Shown here: one piece after another, positions 51,088 through 54,567 of the stretch | Numbering within the stretch: the stretch's first letter is position 1 | Layout of the letters: each line of letters opens with the position of its first letter | NCBI GenBank assembly: GCA_026015035.1 | Contig: JAOZHB010000050.1 | Location: 1 to 54,567, forward strand | Length of the DNA: 54,567 nucleotides | Source: Candidatus Bathyarchaeota archaeon | GTDB taxonomy: Archaea; Thermoproteota; Bathyarchaeia; RBG-16-48-13; GCA-020355125 | Reading direction: 5' to 3' | Translations under genes and position numbers: made by a program | Notes under the pieces: model-generated | The model's input: the letters and a program-made list of their open reading frames with translations, nothing else | Database searches by the model: none | What the model was told of the DNA's origin: nothing

Positions 51088-51609
51088 TTGGTCAAGTTTG
51101 TTCCCTATGATGATAACAGACATCGAATCCCATTCTTTGAGTTGAATGTAGAGTTAATTACTTGGATATCTGAAGAAATGCGTGCACGCCATAATGTTGA
51201 TGTCGAATCAATGATGGGACAAACCGTCCAAGAATACGTTGAGACCGTCTTTGATACCTTCACAGCCCTCAAACCGCCTAAAGGCATACTCTACATACTT
51301 GAAATTGATGATGAAGTAGCCGGTATGGGCGCTGTAAAACCCTTGGAGGATGGCGTAGGAGAAATTAAACGCATGTACATTCGTCCGAAATATCGGGGAA
51401 AAGGGTTCGGAAAAGCGATGTTACAAAGGCTAATCCAGAAAGCGAAAACGTTGGGATACACAACCCTTCGTCTTGAAACTGGAGATTATTCAACTACAGC
51501 TCATCATATTTACAGATCAGCGGGATTTAAGGACATAGATGAATATACTCATACGGAAACCCCAGAATGGTATCGACAATACTGTTTGTTCATGGAAAAG
51601 AAGCTGTGA
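51088..51609 (+). CDS. GNAT acetyltransferase
   Basis: EIKRMYIRPKYRGKGFG, IY...GF. Confidence 0.9.
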   Translation: MVKFVPYDDNRHRIPFFELNVELITWISEEMRARHNVDVESMMGQTVQEYVETVFDTFTALKPPKGILYILEIDDEVAGMGAVKPLEDGVGEIKRMYIRPKYRGKGFGKAMLQRLIQKAKTLGYTTLRLETGDYSTTAHHIYRSAGFKDIDEYTHTETPEWYRQYCLFMEKKL

Positions 51610-51725
51610 TAGCTAGTAATTGGGTTTGGGGGTTTAGGGGGTTAAATTTTTATTCTGAATTTTCCTGATGGTCTTAGTTATGCATATACGTTATCACGTT
51701 GTAGTTAGACTGCTCTGGAGCTGTT

Positions 51726-51890
51726 TTATTTATGTAAAAAGAGACCACCTGTCACTATGATGAGTAAGCTGCCTATTGCGACCGCTGCCCCGATTCCTCC
51801 TTCTGTAGCGTTCGGATATTCATATGATATCACAAACGTGGTTATAGCGAGTATGAGCCCAATTAGAATTAGCTTATATCCAACACTCAT
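51726..51890 (-). CDS. Small 2-TM membrane protein (54 aa)
   Basis: Manually translated MSVGYKLILIGLILAITTF...GGLFLHK. Confidence 0.55.
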   Translation of the reverse strand: MSVGYKLILIGLILAITTFVISYEYPNATEGGIGAAVAIGSLLIIVTGGLFLHK

Positions 51891-51978
51891 TTTAACACGA
51901 CCTAGAAGTAGGGGTATTCAAGGCTATAAAAGAACCGTCTAATTTATTGGCAGCTAGCTAGCTTAGCGCGCGCGCTAT

Positions 51979-52215
51979 ATGGATGAGGATGATGTTCCTC
52001 CGCCATTACGAAAACGATTGGATTGGGAAAAGGTGTTTCGTGCTATTCCTGTTGGGAAGGCGAGACTGATTCGTTCTGAGGATGCGTATTATACGACGGT
52101 GAGGCAGGCGTTGAAACGGTTTCAAGAGAAGGGAATATTTACAAATTATGGCATTAGAACGCGTAAGATCGGCGATGCTCGAAAGTGCTATATCATCAAT
52201 TCACGGAAGAGTTAG
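51979..52215 (+). CDS. Small basic protein, possibly 5'-truncated
   Basis: ORF bounded on both sides by TAGCGCGCGC-type palindromes; no RBS. Confidence 0.5.
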   Translation: MDEDDVPPPLRKRLDWEKVFRAIPVGKARLIRSEDAYYTTVRQALKRFQEKGIFTNYGIRTRKIGDARKCYIINSRKS

Positions 52216-52298
52216 CTAATTAGCGCGCGCACCTGAGAATACAATAGCTTATATTCAACATGAAGAGTGATATTCTTTTTATAAAGGGAGTGACGAAC

Positions 52299-53057
52299 AT
52301 GGCTTCAGATGGCAAAGTAGCAATCATCACAGGTGCGGGGAGCGGCATCGGTAAGGCAACGGCGCTTGCCTTTCTAAACGATGGCTATAGCGTTGGATTC
52401 GCCGGCCGTCGCCGGGACCCACTTGAAAACGCGATTAAGGAAGCGGGTGAAAAAGCTTCTCGTGCCATCGCAGTACCTACTGACATAAGCAACCCAGGTG
52501 CGGTTAAGAACCTATTTTCTAAAACCCGCGACAAATTTGGTCGCATCGATGTTGTTTTCAATAATGCTGGGTTCGGTGCACCGCCTGTTGCACTAGAAGA
52601 TCTCACCATTGAACAATGGAAGGCTGTCGTTGACACCAACCTGACAGGCACGTTCCTGTGCATACAGGAAGCATTTCGTGTCATGAAGAGTCAGAATCCA
52701 CGAGGTGGACGCATTATTAACAATGGATCAGTTTCAGCCCACGTGCCACGACCCAACTCCGCACCCTACGTCGCAACTAAGCATGGCATTACGGGGCTGA
52801 CCAAATCCGCATCGCTCGACGGTCGTAAGTATGATATCGCGTGCTGTCAAATTGATATCGGTAACGCAATGACCGAACGCGCCTCTAGAATTTCTCGGGG
52901 AGTCCTACAAGCTGACGGCTCAATCAAACCGGAACCGATGATGAATGTGCGCGAAGTAGCGAACGCCGTTCTGTACATGGCCAGTCTGCCACTTGATGCC
53001 AACGTCCAGTTCATGACGATTATAGCGACCAAAATGCCGTATATCGGCCGTGGTTGA
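52299..53057 (+). CDS. SDR-family oxidoreductase
   Basis: [17 protein letters not shown]. Confidence 0.95.
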   Translation: MASDGKVAIITGAGSGIGKATALAFLNDGYSVGFAGRRRDPLENAIKEAGEKASRAIAVPTDISNPGAVKNLFSKTRDKFGRIDVVFNNAGFGAPPVALEDLTIEQWKAVVDTNLTGTFLCIQEAFRVMKSQNPRGGRIINNGSVSAHVPRPNSAPYVATKHGITGLTKSASLDGRKYDIACCQIDIGNAMTERASRISRGVLQADGSIKPEPMMNVREVANAVLYMASLPLDANVQFMTIIATKMPYIGRG

Positions 53058-53120
53058 TTTGTCGTAAATCTTAACGGGCAACTCAGATTCCAATCATAGT
53101 CGCCGCTGCCCCGCGCGCGC

Positions 53121-54169
53121 AGAAGTTTGTGGCTTTCGCTGGTAGGATTCCGGATGAACTTGTTGAATTGGGTAAAGCGAGCCCTGAGAATGCTCATGAC
53201 CTCCTCAAGATGTTTTACAATAGTTTGGACCTAGCCAGCACTACTAAGATGAGGATTTACCAAACTGTCCGTAGTTTCTATAAGGCTAACGGCGTGGTTT
53301 TAGGTAAGAAGCCTAGAACTTTTAGGGCTGTTGTGGAGTATGAGCCTCGAATATTGTATTCGCAGGATGAGGTTGCTTGGTTAGTTGATACGGCCAACAA
53401 CACTCGAGACAAGGCTTTGATCACTTTTTTGGCTTAGAGCGGTCAAAGAGTGAGTATTCTGGTGAGCCTTAGAATCAGACATGTACCACTCAATCAGCCC
53501 AGCCCTGTAGTCGTGGATGTTCCTGCCATTTTGCGAAACAAACATGGAGTAAACGTTAACAAGGCGCAAACTCCTTATCAATTCGCCCTCGGAGATGATA
53601 CTAAGACCTATCTTGAATTGATGCTTCGGGAGAGGACTGAGCGTGGGGAGCCGTTGAATCCTGATAGTTGGCTTTTCAGAAGTTACTCAAAACGCTTTGC
53701 TGAGAAAAAAATCCGAAAGGTCAAATTGTCTAATCCGGGAAAACCGCTTTCAACATCCCAGGTAGGCGAAATAATTAAAAGAGCAGCTAGAAAAAGAGGC
53801 ATCCAACAGAAATTTGGTAAGAGGTATCTCTTCCACCCACATGGTTTTCGGAGATACTGGAAGCACCAGCTTCGAATGGGCAGAGCTGATCCAGATCTCC
53901 TAGACTACATGATGGGGCATGTCCTTCCCTACGGAGGAGCATATGATAGATGGACAGCAGAGGACATCAAAAAACAGTACAAGCAAGCAGAAAATTATGT
54001 GAGCCTAAGACCGATAGTGACTGTCAGTAAGGAAGATGTTCAAGCAGAGGTTTTAAAGGTACTACTCGGAAAGATGAAGCAAGAAGACATGAATAGAATT
54101 TCAGAAAATCTCGGCACCCCCTCAACACAGATCAAAAGTCTAATCAAATTAATCACGAAAACTAAATAA
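53121..54169 (+). pseudogene. Tyrosine recombinase/integrase with in-frame TAG (53435-53437) and missing N-terminus
   Basis: RDKALITFLA*SGQR continues in frame into ORF 53450; HPHGFRRY, MGH and AY catalytic motifs. Confidence 0.85.
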
Positions 54170-54283
54170 GAATAGGTTTGAATGCGGAGGTGTGTGCTCA
54201 GTACAGCGGGCGGACACTAACTTCTTGACAATTTTCATTTTTCAAAAATTTTATTTTCGGACTTTTATTAATTAGTATGTATC

Positions 54284-54332
54284 TGGGGCTTTGGATCCCA
54301 CGACAGGAGTTCGAATCGCCTCCGGGCTACCA
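54284..54332 (+). mobile_element. att-like site: 3' half of tRNA-Gln(TTG)
   Basis: TGGGG-CTTTGGA-TCCCA anticodon arm, AGGAG-TTCGAAT T-arm, CCGGGCTACCA end; no 5' half upstream; about 115 nt after the integrase. Confidence 0.8.
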
Positions 54333-54567
54333 ATACACATGTATCAATATACCTCTTTGTCATTGTCGGAGCTCCTTGAATGTGGCTTCTGTTGGGGCTT
54401 GATTGATGGAGAATAACTATCACAATTATTACTTGATGCTTATCTTTGGGTTACAACTGAAACTACATGCTAAATAAAAGAAGTAACCGAGATTATTGTG
54501 CAGAAGAAGAAAGGTGTACGTCACTAGGTAGCCATTCGATATTTTTAATAGTAATTTTACATACGCA

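Larger units (their letters stand above)
827..51963. repeat. Dispersed intergenic (TAGC)n/AGCTAGCT palindromes (more than 25 copies by eye)
   Basis: e.g. 827, 858, 4364, 5263, 6004, 6472, 6527, 9109, 9275, 17638, 23641, 28123, 33810, 35242, 35443, 35492, 38653, 38737, 39998, 40250, 41336, 41437, 41658, 45229, 46344, 46400, 51952. Confidence 0.9.
2208..53120. repeat. Dispersed intergenic TAGCGCGCGCTA-type palindromes (about 20 copies by eye)
   Basis: e.g. 2208, 10139, 35556, 35667, 35792, 37110, 37178, 37593, 37675, 38626, 40268, 41355, 41673, 43619, 45254, 46933, 50994, 51964, 52221, 53112. Confidence 0.9.

Noticed and set aside
1-54567. CRISPR array, classical integron attC array or transposase
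   Set aside because: No regularly spaced 25-40 bp repeats, no GTTRRRY-bounded attC hairpins noticed and no transposase ORF recognised

Overview
Archaeal genomic window, probably Bathyarchaeia (inferred from the archaeal histone, group II chaperonin, BHB-intron tRNA-Glu, AbrB-PhoU regulators and gene repertoire). A small core block (histone, thermosome, tRNA-Glu) lies within a mosaic of mostly single, unrelated metabolic genes and gene fragments. Two signals stand out. (1) A ~10 kb redox locus (15.7-25.7 kb) containing two PhoU-like regulators: a GcvH-fold protein with Cys at the apparent lipoyl-Lys position, HydC/NuoE- and HydB/NuoF-like subunits, two copies of the MetV N-terminal domain (one fused to a NuoG/HydA-type Fe-S relay with no catalytic domain), an HdrC-GltD fusion, and a convergent metV plus a truncated metF. 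(2) Dozens of short palindromes, (TAGC)n/AGCTAGCT and TAGCGCGCGCTA-type, lying almost only between genes, often overlapping stop codons and in several cases exactly where a gene appears broken, which suggests an undescribed recombination or repair signature. The window ends in a tyrosine integrase pseudogene (in-frame amber codon) next to a tRNA-Gln 3' half (att-like). All calls are from reading the sequence; no database searches were run.
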